From Anthoceros angustus (lineage: Eukaryota > Plantae > Anthocerotophyta): DNA of 64,000 bases. The translations under genes were made by a program, and so were the position numbers. Numbering within the stretch: the first letter of the stretch is position 1; every line of letters begins with the position of its first letter. Shown here in pieces: positions 1 through 12,250 of this stretch. The stretch lies in assembly GCA_010909165.1 (NCBI GenBank), contig MU008163.1, positions 558,001-622,000 on the forward strand, given 5' to 3'. The notes under the pieces are model-generated. The model worked only from the letters and a program-made list of their open reading frames with translations, had not been told where the DNA came from and did not search any database.

Positions 1-1096
1 TGGACAGGCAGGGTTCATTGCAAGGCAGTAAGATCTTTCTTGACGAGCTGCTATCCCCCCACTTTGCCTTTGTCGGGCACAGGAAAGCTGTTGCCACAGG
101 AAGTTCTGCTGCCCTCTGTGTGCATGAAGCCACGCAGCCATGATTCTCAGAAACATTCGCTGAACCCATGGAGTTGAGCCTGAGTGCAAAACCCGGCTCG
201 AGGAGACAGGTGGGCTAATTCCGCAAGTGATGTCTACTCTCTTCAGCCATCCAGGCCAAACGGAAGATACGAGCTAGCGTACTCGTCGCCGTCACGTACG
301 ACCACGTCAAAGCTTCTCCTGCTTGGAATGTCCCTTGTGCTTTCTTCTCATGGGATTGCAGAAGCTGTGCAGATCTTGCTCGCCATGCCGACAAAGCTTG
401 CGTGTATGCCACCTACGAACTTCATACTGGTATTAGCTGTCAGTTTCCTTCTCGATCATGCTGCTCCCTGGTCCCTCCTTCTGCCATGAGGAACTCGCAG
501 GTTCATCACACAGGCAGAATCCCCTTGTCGGCATTCCATCTGAGGATTTGACATACACCAAACTGTGTAACAGTCAGAGACAGCATACAAACCTGTAGCC
601 AAGCGCCCTTACTCGGCATTCTCCAAAGGCAATGGAAATGCTTATACAATTGCATAAGCCAGTTCATGCATAACGAAGGAATTGAAAGTCGAGTCCAGTT
701 TGCCTCAGGAAGTTGCTTGGGAGAGTGTAGGGCTCAATCTAGCTAGTAGGCTTGTAAGAGGCACAAAGGTGAAGTCAGAGTGCAGAAGGAGGATCATTGA
801 AGAGTCTTTATTTCACAGTCCACCCACAATGCTATGAGTGCAGATGCACCGAAAGGTCGAGAGACAGTCCAGAACAGCGAGAATGCTCCATCTGCAGCAT
901 GACAAGGCCAATTCCCAAAGGACCAAAACCGGAGACAAAAGGGTCAGGTGAAGACCTCAGCTAGCCCATAAGCGTCCAGAAAATTGCTCAGACTGCGTGA
1001 AGCGCAAATCCAACGACATGGAAAGTTGTCTGCCCTCATGCCTCATCGAGCCAGAAACAACATACGTCAACATGGCCAGGAAGGGCTCCATGCCTA

Positions 1097-1363
1097 TCAT
1101 GTGCTCCGACTCCGGATAGATGTTGGCAGCCTCGGCCCGCTACCATTGTAGATGATCTCACAATCTCTAAGTGCCGATCCCAGACCCAGACCCGCGCCAA
1201 AAGCCACAGAGGCCCATCTGGTTGAAGGGCTCCTGAAGAGCAGCAAAGCGCCGAAGGTCCCTGCCACGGTTGAATACACAACGCGGCGCAGTGTGAGATC
1301 GATGCAAGCATCCCACTTGTCCTCGAAGACCAACTCCGACGGTCTCTCTTTCACATCTTCCAT
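1097..1363 (-). CDS. MIC10: MICOS complex subunit Mic10 (DUF543), single coding exon
   Basis: ORF reads MEDVKERPSELVFEDKWDACIDLTLRRVVYS...LLLFRSPSTRWASVAFGAGLGLGSALRDC, with KWD-C and the GxGxGxG motif of Mic10. A probable 5'UTR intron lies at about 1383-1470. Confidence 0.9.
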   Translation of the reverse strand: MEDVKERPSELVFEDKWDACIDLTLRRVVYSTVAGTFGALLLFRSPSTRWASVAFGAGLGLGSALRDCEIIYNGSGPRLPTSIRSRST

Positions 1364-2057
1364 CCCTTCACGCCGAGCTTCCTGAAAGCATGACAATCCC
1401 ACAAATTATCAGCTGCAGGGACAAGCGCAGCGAGCTCTGCTAGTGCAATGAGGCCTGCATCCGACCTTACCCGTACCACACTCTCCGCTTCCGCTTGTAC
1501 GTCAGTGAATGTCCGGCAAATGCACAGCAACCGGAACTTTGCTCTTCGCTCCGTTTAGGGCTTCCGAAGATGAAGTTAGCGAATGGACACCTATACAACT
1601 ACGAAATCTATCGACACGCGACACACAGTGGAGCTAGGCAGCGTCTTTGCGGATTTTCATGTCATCGACAAGTAGGTTCAACATGTACTAGTTTATCGTG
1701 TGCTGAATGCACACCCTTCAACATGTGAAGTTTTTATTAAGAAAAGAGGAGATTGGACGTGAACCCTCCACTAAAGGCCATCATAAGGAGAGCCCAAGGG
1801 TTACACTATGTGAGCAGCCAAAATCAACATGGGCCATTCGTCCTGCAAGTTTGTCAGCAGTGTGGATTCCAGTCTCTCACTCTTTGTGAGAGTCGCGCAA
1901 GCCTTGAATTGAAGAAGCCAGAATCGCCGCAATATGCAGACGAAAAGGGCGGGCCGGCTCTGCCACTTTGATGAAGCTTTGAGGTGGATCTTTTTCTTGA
2001 AGCACTTAGAGCACAAATCGTAATCGGACCTACTGCTTTCAAGAGCAAATGAAGCTG

Positions 2058-2760
2058 TCAGAAAGAAAGTAGCACAACTTGGACAAGCCAATAGAGAAAG
2101 TCACGTACAGCGTCTACAATATCATAACTAGGGAGATTAAATGACCTACATATTCTTGACCTAGTTGAGGATGCATCTCGAGCCGTCTCTGCTATCCATA
2201 AGATAGCCCCAGCAAGTGCCCTTTGGAGGGCAATGGATACACGCTGCCAAAAGAATGAAATAGGAGAGAGGTAGGCCCGCTCCATATCTCCTTACATGGT
2301 ATGCTTTCGCACAAAACTTGATAAATAATTATCAAAGTCTTTAGCCAACGCCCCATAAGTCTCTAAGGCAAGCGGGATGAAGAGGTGGCTTGCCTGCATT
2401 CCCCTACTTAGTAACCTTGAAAGTCGTCGCTCTAGCTGCCACCCAACCTAGACGGTTTAGGATAACCAGTTCAGAGGTGGGTTCAGGGTCATGAAACTTA
2501 GTCACCTCGAGCGAGGTACAAGTCAACTCTGACCATCTGACCCTATACATAAAGCATATCAATGCTCCCTCCAAGCCATATAACCACTTGCGTGAGCCAT
2601 TGCAAACATAACATCACGAATGCCATTATGGCTAGCAATACATTGACCCCCATGAGGACAACAAGCAAGGTGTGTACCACCTGCATCCGGGGCAAAGCCA
2701 CATTCACAGGTGACAAGTAAGGAAGCGACAAATGTGCCTGCCTCGCTCAACTCCCACTAT
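2058..2760 (-). mobile_element. Degenerate 3' end of a CRE-like (restriction-endonuclease-type) non-LTR retrotransposon
   Basis: Minus-strand fragments: zinc knuckle CECGFAPDAGGTHLACCPHGGQCIASHNGIRDV, then FIPLALETYGAL and FFWQRVSIALQRALAGAIL, typical of the C-terminal REL region. Frameshifted. Confidence 0.7.
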
Positions 2761-3911
2761 CATGATAGCAAATTACATAGCTCACGCCAAATTCTCGAAT
2801 CACACTTAGTCTAGCACTGAATTCAGCAGAGCGTCATTTTGTCCTGGTCCAAACTGTCATTGATGTGCTTGGAAAACCTGAACAGCTAGATGTCAAACCC
2901 CGATGGTCGGCTAAGCAACTCGCACCGTTCTGGCTGTTTGCTTTTGCTAAGACCCAGCAAATGGCTTTGTCTGTACTCGCATATCAAGACAGATAAGTGC
3001 CTGAACGACCAGCTCTTGGCATGAGCATGCCCACTTAGGTCACAACGTGTTGGCCAATTTGTCGCGACTTGACAATCTTGCTGCTAACTCAAAATTGTGG
3101 AGAGATTTTGACCCATCTTTGCTTACCCATAAACTCTGCACTTCAAGTTTGCATATCACAATTATAGCACTTGGAATTCCGCCTAACTACAAGCCTGATC
3201 ATACACAGCGCTCTTGTCTTGCAGTCGTGCTTTAGACTTCACAGCTCCAAGACTCCTATTATCTGCGAATTCTATTCGCACTCACACTCTTCTTGAGTAC
3301 GAAAGAAATCCTCGTTCTGTTTGCCACAAGATGGACCAGAGTCTGCAAGCAACTGTTAGTCTTATCCAGCAGAGCACCATGAAACGTGATCCTAGCTGGT
3401 CATGCTCGCAAACAAGATGCTAGATTTCTGCCCATTGATTAATTGTGGCCAATTACAGAATTGTAGATGAGAGTGCACATTCAGAAACTCGCGGCTATCT
3501 AATGTATTTGAATTGCTCAAATAAAGAACAACAACACACATTCCAGCAGGGGTACAAGCAGAACTTTGAAGACAGCCACAGAAGATAGGAAGAACCCTAT
3601 TGAAGAAGGGAAGGATATGCCTTAAGACCCATCGACTCCATGTGAAGGTGGTGCTTATGAGAAGGCACGAATTTTGTAAGCACATTTAAAGTGTTGAGAT
3701 CAGTGTGAACATATTCAATCTTGACGTGCCTTTGTTTGTTGATTATCAGCTGAAGTCTAAGAGCAGATGAAGCCACACTTGTATGCTCATAAATGTAATT
3801 AATAAAAGTGAGTACAAAATTGTTTATATACAATGTTCATAGGGGCAACCCTAAACAGGTGTGACCCTTGGATAAATAACCAAGCAGGTTAAATCCTAAT
3901 TAACCCTAACA

Positions 3912-5140
3912 CTCCCTCTTAACCTGCGAGGGTTACCGAGCGAAGGCCAGGAAATGATGACTGAGCATGGAACAAAGGAATCTCTCGTCGCCTCCTCGTG
4001 CCGGCTTCAACCGCCATGATGAACACAACATCAACCTTCGGAGCATGGCGGGGTCACAGCCATCGTCCTTCTGGTGATACTTGCTATGGAGGATATGGCG
4101 CGCTCAAGAAACAGCGCTTTGTCAAGCCAGAAGAGACCTTGGTCAACATCAAAGCAGAGGATTGGAGTACACAGCAGCCTCGCAGAGAGTAGCATCACGT
4201 CTCAGGAGTTGGAGACTAGCTCGAGCAGCAGCATAAGGAAGACAAAGCCGCCGCCCGACAAGAAACTTGCCGCCATACCGACTCCCTCTGCTCCAGCATC
4301 TGAAGAACAGCCATGGTGGCCAACTCAAGCAGACAGGGACTTGCTGTGACATCTGCATAGAACATTGGAGAAGTGTGACGAACTGAAGGACCTGCTCAAC
4401 TCTCCGCAAGCAAGGACTCGGGAGCTAGAAGAGCTACTGGCAAGCAAACCTATCAAACCGGCGATGTCCCATCCCCTGACCTCTACAGAATGTCAAGCGG
4501 TGGTGAGGGAACTGGAGAGCTTGGGTTACATCTACCGCCCAGCAAGCTAACAAGTTAACAGGTGAGTCCTTTGTATTCTAAGCTGTGACGCATCTCACGA
4601 TTGAATTATGAACATATGCTTCATCCATTGAGTGCATCACATGACCTACTGTGTATAGGACAGAAACAGGCAAGCCCAATTTTGTATAGAGTAGTTACAG
4701 CAAGGCCAAGTGAGGACTGCTGCATCAACTGGGCAAGCTGCTGTCCTGAGACTTTTACATAGGTAGGTCATGTACTAGAAGTGGGCATAGTGAATGCCCT
4801 GATCCCTAGTGCTACTAGGTGCTTGTAATGTTTTTCCTTGGAAAGACCCTTAGTAAAGATGTCGGCTGTATTGTCATTCGTACTGATGTACTGCACTTTC
4901 ACCATGCCCCTTGCAGCCACATCACGAATGTAGTGATGGTGAAGCTCAATGTGCTTGGTTCTAGCGTGAAACCTAGGGTTCGAGACAAGTGCAATAGTCG
5001 ACAAGTTGTCGCATAGAAGAGTAGTAAGGCCATCCTCACGTAAGTGTACTGCATCCAAAAATTGTCTTTCCCACTCTAACTCTTTACATGCGTCTGTTAG
5101 GGCCTTATATTCAGCTTCGATGGACGAAAACGCCACGGAA
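3912..5140 (-). mobile_element. Ty1/copia outer element: RNase H C-terminal part, 3' spacer and polypurine tract
   Basis: ORF 4768-5136 contains SSIEAEYKAL, CDNLSTIAL, HARTKHIELHHHYIRD and ADIFTKGL. PPT TTAAGAGGGAG (3912-3922, minus) is followed by TGTTA, the start of a 3' LTR at 3911. Confidence 0.88.
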
Positions 5141-5362
5141 AGTTAGAAATGCCATGCGGAAGCGTCTTGCATCAAGCAGATGCTTTACTAAGAATGATAA
5201 ACAATCAATTGAGGTTTAGGTTCATAGGTGGGCTTTTAAAGGGTTACGAAGGGTTGTGTCCTTTCGCTAGCCTGCTAGTTAACTAACTACATTTAAAGCT
5301 AAGGCCTAGTTAGACTAACCAACGTGGTACAGAACCAACGTGGTCTGCTTTTTCTTCTAACT
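5141..5362 (-). repeat. 3' LTR (222 bp) of the nested copia
   Basis: Bounded by inverted AGTTAGAA/TTCTAACT and adjacent to the PPT. Its 5277-5362 part matches 8567-8636 apart from a short internal duplication. Confidence 0.8.
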
Positions 5363-5922
5363 CTCCCTCTCAGACACGTTGAAGGTTGCTATTATCTAAG
5401 AGCTCCATGTAAACAAAAGGAGATCACTCTTGTTGTAGTCAAGCTTCCAGCCTTGCTCAATTCGGCTATCATCTAGAGTCAGTTGAACTGCCTCGCGGTG
5501 AGCCTGTAGTGTACAGCAACTCGTGGAGAAGAACACCATTCTTGTGGCCAGAAAAGAGTAAGCTTTCTGCAACGACTTACAACTCCTAGTGACGGAACAA
5601 AAATGGATAGCCCCACCAAATGAGCGACCTAAATCATGCAGCATCATACAGTATCTACAGTCTACCATTCCAATGACCACTTTTCTGAGAAAGCCAAATA
5701 ATCATATTTATCACCGATTGCCAACAACTCCACTCAGCTACTTCAGGATTGTAACCCTTTGGAAGCGTAAGTAGAACTACCTCTGCAGCAGAGATAATCT
5801 GCATATCTTCAGACGTAGTGAAGTCGGCTTGTTGAACTCCTTTTTTCTATTCCATAGGTGCCTTGGGAACGCCATGAACATGTGTCTGTGGCTACAGTTG
5901 TGCACTAACGCCGCAAAAGCAA

Positions 5923-6891
5923 TTAGCCACAGATCCCGTAAATAGAAACCACCAAACACACAGTTAGAGCACGAGGTCGGTGATCTAAATCTTGGGTCTT
6001 GGCCTTGAGGCAGCGGCATTCTCCATCCTTGGCTCTGGCGGCCTCACCAGCCTGTTTCTTCCGACACTCTCTCTCCCAATGGCCAGGTATCTGGCACCAA
6101 TGACATGTCCTCTCTCGCTTAGGAGACTTGGAAGAACCCGAAGATCCCTGAGAGCTCCTGTTCTTATTCTGTTGTGACCTACCGTTGGTCACGAACATGA
6201 CCCTTTCTCCCCCGTGTTGAGATGTGCCAGTATTGAACCTAGCGGCCTCCTCTTGAAGGAGAGCCCCAGCGATCTCTGACACAGTGATATTCGGGACCAT
6301 GCCCGACTGGACAGCCCGTTGAGCATTTCTCACCGTCTGGTTCTGGGAAGAGACAAAGGTTTGATAGCTAGCCGGAAGACTAGCTAAGAGTTGGACTGCA
6401 GCATCAAATTCAGAAATTACCGTCCCAAGAGCTGTAAGCTGAGCTCTCAGATACCTAAACTTACTCACGTGTACAGCAACACTGTCGTTAGGTTGCATGC
6501 GTAGGGAGTAGAACTCCAATCACACCGTGACAAGTGTCATCACGTTAGTAGATTGATAAATATCGGTGATCTGCTTTCATGCTTCAGCAGCAGTGTTGGC
6601 TCCGTCTGTGTGGTGAAGTGTAACTTCATCCAAACCAGAGACTATCATCTGCATAGCCTGACGATCTTGCTGGACCCATGCATCTATAGATGGTTGATTG
6701 GTTCCTTGAGCATTGAGGGTTGGTTTCAAGCTAGTACCTTCGACAATCGGGAGAAGATCCCGAGTGTTCAAGGCACACTTCATTCGACGTGACCATACCT
6801 CAAACTTCGTACCATCAAAGCGATCCTTCTCCTTGAAGTCAGTGTTAACATTTGTAATGAAAAATGTAGGTGTCGAAGGTTGAGTAGCCAT
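5923..6891 (-). pseudogene. Copia gag (UBN2-like region plus CCHC knuckle), disrupted
   Basis: DRFDGTKFEVWSRRMK, LLASLPASYQTFV and CHWCQIPGHWERECRKK, split by a stop and a frameshift. Confidence 0.85.
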
Positions 6892-8554
6892 CCTTAACAG
6901 ATTTCACTCAAGAGCAAATGGTCGAGATGTTGTGACACTTCGACCAGATCGCACGTTAGAGAGAAATCCGTCTTCAAAGATTAGCGAAACAATTTGCAGA
7001 TACCAGTGTCGATCTTGCTGACTTGGACCTGCGCACAAGAACTGGTTTTGGTCTGCAACCTACTTTTGGTCTTGCGGACTTGAACCTCCAGCGCACATAG
7101 CTCGTTGTAATTATCTTCAGACAGGAAGAAGGATTAATTTCCCTGATATTGTAGGTTTCTCTTCACATGTGAAGAGCAATGTGCCTTGAAATTACAGCAG
7201 AGCCTGTGTCAACTTGCTAGAATCGAGATTTCCATGGGCCTTAATTAAAGGCAAGATAAGTGAAATCATCAAAAGATGTTTTACAAAACATTATTATGAA
7301 GGCGAATGGTTTATTTAGGGAAGGGAAGTTTTGAAATGTCGCGTCGTTTCGGGCGGCACCGTTTCGAGGTGCCCCTCCTCCTCCCCCTTACCAACTTGCC
7401 TCCGTTGGGATGGGTATGGAATCTGACCACCTCGGTGCCATTTCTTCAAGAGATTTTAACCATCTGCCACCACAAGAGGAGCTCCACTGCTGCACGAGCC
7501 TAGAGCTTCTATGCCAGGCCGTCGCGCTCTCAAAATATTGAAAGATTGCATGAGAAAGGAGCACGAAAGTAGCACCTCACGAAATTGCAGGTTGGAAATT
7601 GAAGGCGTTGTAAGGAAAGAGAAGGCGAGATCTGGGCCAAGCGCCTCCTTGAGAGGTCGCTCCCCCTACACGCCTGCAGATTGGGGGAAATTGAGCCAGT
7701 TTAGGGATACTATGATCAACCGAGCTCCAATCCCACTCTTCCCCAATCAGGCCTCAATCAGCAATTTCTAGTGAGTTGAGGCGCCTAGATCTTAGCAAAG
7801 GAAGGGCGCCCCGTAGGCGCAACCAGCCCTGGCTTGAAATCGCTGTGAACGGGGCATCGGCGCCTCCGATCGGTGTGCCCAAAGATCCTCCTTTTTTTTC
7901 TTCTCCATGAGAATGTATATGAGAAAACCGTGTCTACATATCCTCGTGGTAGGGGCTTGTAAGGGTCAATACACTGGACTCCATCGAAACTCCGCGATGA
8001 AACGGCCACGGGTCGGATTAGTACTAGACAATCTAGATGGGTTACCAGACACTAGATGATTTTGCTGGATTTTCCAATTGCACATTCCGTTTCTATAGTT
8101 TAAAGTTCCTAAATTAGGCTAGTTCATGTAACTACCTAAGAGGAAGAATCTGAATAAGCAAACTTTCTTTTCTATTAGATTTGCTTTCTTGTTTTTAGTG
8201 CATATTTTATGCATCTTAGAGGTTCTATAAAAGGTTTTTTTTTTTTTAAACAAGATACACATCTAGAGCTCTTGCAGCCCGTCGTACTCTCCAGAAACTC
8301 TTCTTTCTAAATGTAGAATATTCACAACCACCTAAGACTCATATCTTGAATTCTTAAAAAAAAAAACCCTCAATGATCTTGTGAAGTGAATTTTCTTCCA
8401 TATTTTCTAATGATTTCTAAGAACGTAGTCTCGGACCATTGGAGCCCATCATACTCTTCAGAAACACTACAAATCTAATATGATATGCTATCTACTTTGC
8501 TCTTTATCAACAGAAGCAAAGAAGAGATAGCAAGCAAGTCCATGGCGGATCATT

Positions 8555-8566
8555 GCTCTAATACCA
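8555..8566 (-). promoter_or_regulatory. Primer-binding site (tRNA-iMet type)
   Basis: Minus strand reads TGGTATTAGAGC, one mismatch from the canonical TGGTATCAGAGC. Confidence 0.8.
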
Positions 8567-8636
8567 AGTTAACTAACTACATTTAAAGCTAAGGCCTAGT
8601 TAGACTAACCAACGTGGTCTGCTTTTTCTTCTAACT
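8567..8636 (-). repeat. Truncated 5' LTR (70 bp) of the nested copia
   Basis: Matches the right part of the 5141-5362 LTR and lies directly next to the PBS. The missing part is bounded by AGTTA microhomology. Confidence 0.78.
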
Positions 8637-9010
8637 CGGAAGTCTGCTTCTTACAAAACCAATTCACAACACATGTTGATAGAAGGAAGACATGGGCTGA
8701 AAGACTCTTCCGAGAGTCAGCATCGGACGCCCAGTCGGCATCAGCAAAGGCAGAAAGTGTGAACTCCCTCTGACCACTGGCAACATAGTATAAACCCAAG
8801 GTCAGTGTGCCCTTCAAGTATCTGTACATCCTTTTAACAGCCGACTAGTGTACTTTGCCAGGGTTCGTGAGAAATTGGGACACAATGCTGATAGAGTAAG
8901 AAACATCAGGGCGTGTCCAGTTAGCAAGAAAAATCAAGCACCCGACGGCTTCAGCATATGGTACAGTCGACATGGCTTGCTGCTCCTCATCATCTAATGG
9001 AGGCTGTTGG
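8637..9010 (-). mobile_element. Copia RT C-terminus / RNase H N-terminus of the outer element
   Basis: PYAEAVGCLIFLANWTRPDVSY, RYLKGT, AFADADWASDADSRKS and WFCKKQT, continuing at 5140 after the nested insertion. Confidence 0.85.
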
Positions 9011-9556
9011 GTGTGAGCATGGTAAAGTGACCACTAATTTAGGAAACGGGTGAAACCGTCTCTAAGTGGTGTTTTGCATTACGTTCATATTTTTTAACAA
9101 TTGAAATTATGCCCATTTTGACCGATATTTTTAGGGCTATTCGTTTTTAACTTCATAGATATATTACAATTTTTATGTTTGGAAAATTAATTTATTTGAT
9201 ATATTAGTAGATTAATTCTTGCTATATATGCTAGGGACAATTTATTATCCAAACTCGTAAGTGACCGACGGGCGGGAAGCAAGAGGCGGAAACGAGTGGG
9301 ATGCTCGTTGACTTTTTTAGGGTGATAATGAGGTTATCCACTTCCATTAGTCGTGCTCCTAATGTTGAGACTCACAAGCATTGTTTTTGTGCATGCATCA
9401 CGCTGAACTGCGAGCTCAAACTTGGACGGCAGGCGGTGAGGATGGTTGGCAGCCATGGGGAGTCCCTACATGGTTTCTGCTAGAGCTATGTTGTGCGGGC
9501 AATAGGTGGTGTGACGGCAGGCGGTGATTGTGCGCAGAAGCTGCTTGGAGTCGGAA

Positions 9557-12250
9557 CTAGGTTCTTACGGCCGGATTTTGGAGCTTGGTGGTGCAGGTTG
9601 TAGGCGGTGGCTTTGTGCAGCAGGCGTTTGGGTTCATCAGCCGTGCGGCAGGCTTTTCTTGGAACGAGGAGCTTTGTGGTGCGGCCAAAAGGTAGTGAAT
9701 GCTGTTAGGGTTTATAGGAGGATCATCTTGATTTGGATCAGGAATGACAACTGGTGGTGGATCAGGTACTAATACAAAAGGAGGAGGAGGTGGCTGGTCA
9801 ACTGGCTGACCTACGTGCGCATCGTCTTCATCCTCATCCATGGGGAAATGGGCAATATCATCCTCTGGAGCAGGTAAAATCTCTCCCTCTGTCGCAGGTT
9901 GTGGTCTGTCGAGTTCCAAGAAGGTAACAGAACGAGCTAACACGACACGCTGATGTGCAGGATCAAAGAGTTTGTAAGCTTTCGATTGTTCACTATACCC
10001 GATGAAGATGAGGGCTTGAGCTCTCGGATCTAGTTTCTTCCTCTTCTCCTCTGGGATGAGAGCAAAAGCACGAGAACCAAATACTCGTAAATGCAGTAAG
10101 CTAGGTTTGCGTTTCCAAAATGCTTCATAGGGTGTCTTCGAAGGAACTGAACTTGTAAACAGTCTGTTCAATATGTATGTTGCAGCAACAATAGCTTCGG
10201 CCCAATACTCTTGAGGTAGGTTAGCCCATAGCAACATACTGCGTGTCATAGCTAGCAAAGTTTGGTTTTTCCTTTCTGCCACGCCATTCTGCTGTGGGGT
10301 ATACGGGACTGTAAGCTGACGTTGAATCCCCCTCTCTTGCAGGAAGTTATCAAACGCCAGGTTTACAAATTCCGTCCCATTATCTGTCCGGAGGTACTTT
10401 ACAGATTGGCCTGTCTGCTTCTCAGCAATCAACAACCAAACTTGGAAGAGCTCCAGAGTGTCACTCTTTAATTTCATGGGGAATGTCCATGTATAACGAG
10501 AGTAGTCATCCGTGATGCAGAGGTAATAGAGAGATCCACCCAAAGAGGGGACATGGATCTTCCCTGAGATATCTGCATGCAATAGCTCGAGAACTGTGGT
10601 AGCTCTGTAGGAAGCTGAGACAGGAAACGGGTGTGCCTTCTGTTTCGCAACAATACATGCTTCACAGGTTGGTAAGTCCTTAAAAACCTGAGGCAGTGGT
10701 TCAAGATGACATTTTTGTAATGACATATCTACCAGTTTCCTCTTATTAACATGCCCGAGCCTTGCATGCCACAGGACAGCAAGGTGTTGGGCCTGCTTCG
10801 ATACAAGGCTTGCCTTATGACGGAGAGTACAAATATCAAGCCTGTAGAGGTCATGATCTAATGTACCTCTGAACGCCAGCATAGATGGTTCTGTTTTCAT
10901 ATAGAAAAAACAGGTATCTTCACTAGCTTTCATATCATATATGCGCAGTTGCATCAACTTACTGAGAGAGACCAGATTTTTAGCCATGGAGGGCACATAT
11001 AGAACGCCATCCAGGGTAAGAATTGACCCATCATGAAGTGTGAACTTGCATGTGCCACAGCCGAGGATCTGGAGACTAGATTGCTTCCTTTCATCTCCCA
11101 ACAAGACTCTTTCTGATACACGATCAGTCTTTAATATGTAAAACTGATCTTTACTTCTACAGATGTGCGAGGTTGCACCAGAGTCTAAGTACCACCCATC
11201 TTCATCACGCATAGATCGGGCAAGACATACTGTAAGTATCTTCACCACTGGTTTGGTGTCACCTATAGTCTTCTCCTTAATTGCAACAGTTGCAGTATTT
11301 TTAGGAGTTCGTTTAGGTTCCCCTGCCTTCTTTTTCTTGCATTCTCGAGCCCAGTGTCCAGCTATACCGCACCAGTTGCAATTGCCTGGACGCTTAGATG
11401 GGCCAGCAGAATCTGAATTTTGACTGGGTTTACCTCCTGTCTTGCCTTTGCCTTTGAATATCCTGTGATTAGCCACTAATGCTCTCTCCGTTTTACTCTT
11501 AGGAGTTCCTGAAGAAAACAATCGACTCTGCTCTTCCTGATACAAGGCGCCTATCACCTCCTCAAGGGTGATGTTCACAGCACCTCCAGCAGCAACAGCA
11601 GCATTTGCAGTGCGCAAAGGACCATTCTGGCTAGTGATAAAAGACTGGTATGACGAAGGAAGTCGTGTGAGGAGCTCAGCTACAGCATCCACTTCCTCCA
11701 TCTTGGTTCCGATTAAAGCCATCAGGCTTTGGTGTGAAAATTTACTTGTGAAAATTGCCACCTTATCTCCCTCTTTCATTCTTAGGTTGTAGAACTCATG
11801 TTTAACTGCACAGAGTGTTAATACATTTGTAACCTTGTATGTTTTCTCCAGCTGTGTCCAGATTTCAGAAGCATTCTCGATGAACTCAACTTCCGGTATA
11901 AGATCAGCATCCAGGCCTCCTATCAGGAGGGCAATTGCAATGCCATTCAGTTCATCCCATTCAGCATTCTGATCTGGTGACGGGGCTGGATTTGAGTTTG
12001 GATCTGGTTTCTTAATGGTTCCATCCACGATCTTCCACACACGTCGAGCTATCAAAGTAGCCTTCATGCGGATACGCCAGATAAGGTATTTTGTACCATT
12101 AAAGCGGTCTTTCTCCTTCAGTTCTGACGTATATGTTGGCTTGGTTGCTGCGACAGCCATAGCTATAGGTAGGTTTGTAGTAACTACAGGTTGCTTGAGG
12201 CTAAGGGCCTGAAATGACACAATCAATGCGTCTAGTGACCCTGTGGACAT
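9557..12250 (-). CDS. Ty1/copia gag-protease-integrase polyprotein (897 aa; most of RT missing downstream)
   Basis: CNWCGIAGHWAREC knuckle, WYLDSGATSH protease, LWHARLGH...CEAC, LRTDNGTEF, TPQQNGVAERKN integrase, KLDPRA...FIGYS. Confidence 0.92.
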   Translation of the reverse strand: MSTGSLDALIVSFQALSLKQPVVTTNLPIAMAVAATKPTYTSELKEKDRFNGTKYLIWRIRMKATLIARRVWKIVDGTIKKPDPNSNPAPSPDQNAEWDELNGIAIALLIGGLDADLIPEVEFIENASEIWTQLEKTYKVTNVLTLCAVKHEFYNLRMKEGDKVAIFTSKFSHQSLMALIGTKMEEVDAVAELLTRLPSSYQSFITSQNGPLRTANAAVAAGGAVNITLEEVIGALYQEEQSRLFSSGTPKSKTERALVANHRIFKGKGKTGGKPSQNSDSAGPSKRPGNCNWCGIAGHWARECKKKKAGEPKRTPKNTATVAIKEKTIGDTKPVVKILTVCLARSMRDEDGWYLDSGATSHICRSKDQFYILKTDRVSERVLLGDERKQSSLQILGCGTCKFTLHDGSILTLDGVLYVPSMAKNLVSLSKLMQLRIYDMKASEDTCFFYMKTEPSMLAFRGTLDHDLYRLDICTLRHKASLVSKQAQHLAVLWHARLGHVNKRKLVDMSLQKCHLEPLPQVFKDLPTCEACIVAKQKAHPFPVSASYRATTVLELLHADISGKIHVPSLGGSLYYLCITDDYSRYTWTFPMKLKSDTLELFQVWLLIAEKQTGQSVKYLRTDNGTEFVNLAFDNFLQERGIQRQLTVPYTPQQNGVAERKNQTLLAMTRSMLLWANLPQEYWAEAIVAATYILNRLFTSSVPSKTPYEAFWKRKPSLLHLRVFGSRAFALIPEEKRKKLDPRAQALIFIGYSEQSKAYKLFDPAHQRVVLARSVTFLELDRPQPATEGEILPAPEDDIAHFPMDEDEDDAHVGQPVDQPPPPPFVLVPDPPPVVIPDPNQDDPPINPNSIHYLLAAPQSSSFQEKPAARLMNPNACCTKPPPTTCTTKLQNPAVRT

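Larger units (their letters stand above)
5141..8636 (-). mobile_element. Nested, internally deleted Ty1/copia element with AG...CT termini and 5-bp target-site duplication (TSD) CGGAA
   Basis: CGGAA at 5136-5140 and 8637-8641; ends AGTTAGAA/TTCTAACT; PBS at 8555-8566; PPT at 5363-5373; gag fragments at 5923-6891. Removing it rejoins the host RNase H frame KKQTSVAFSSIEAEY. Confidence 0.88.

Noticed and set aside
184-489. Short ORFs at the window start
   Set aside because: No motif, and no long open frame was found in this stretch.
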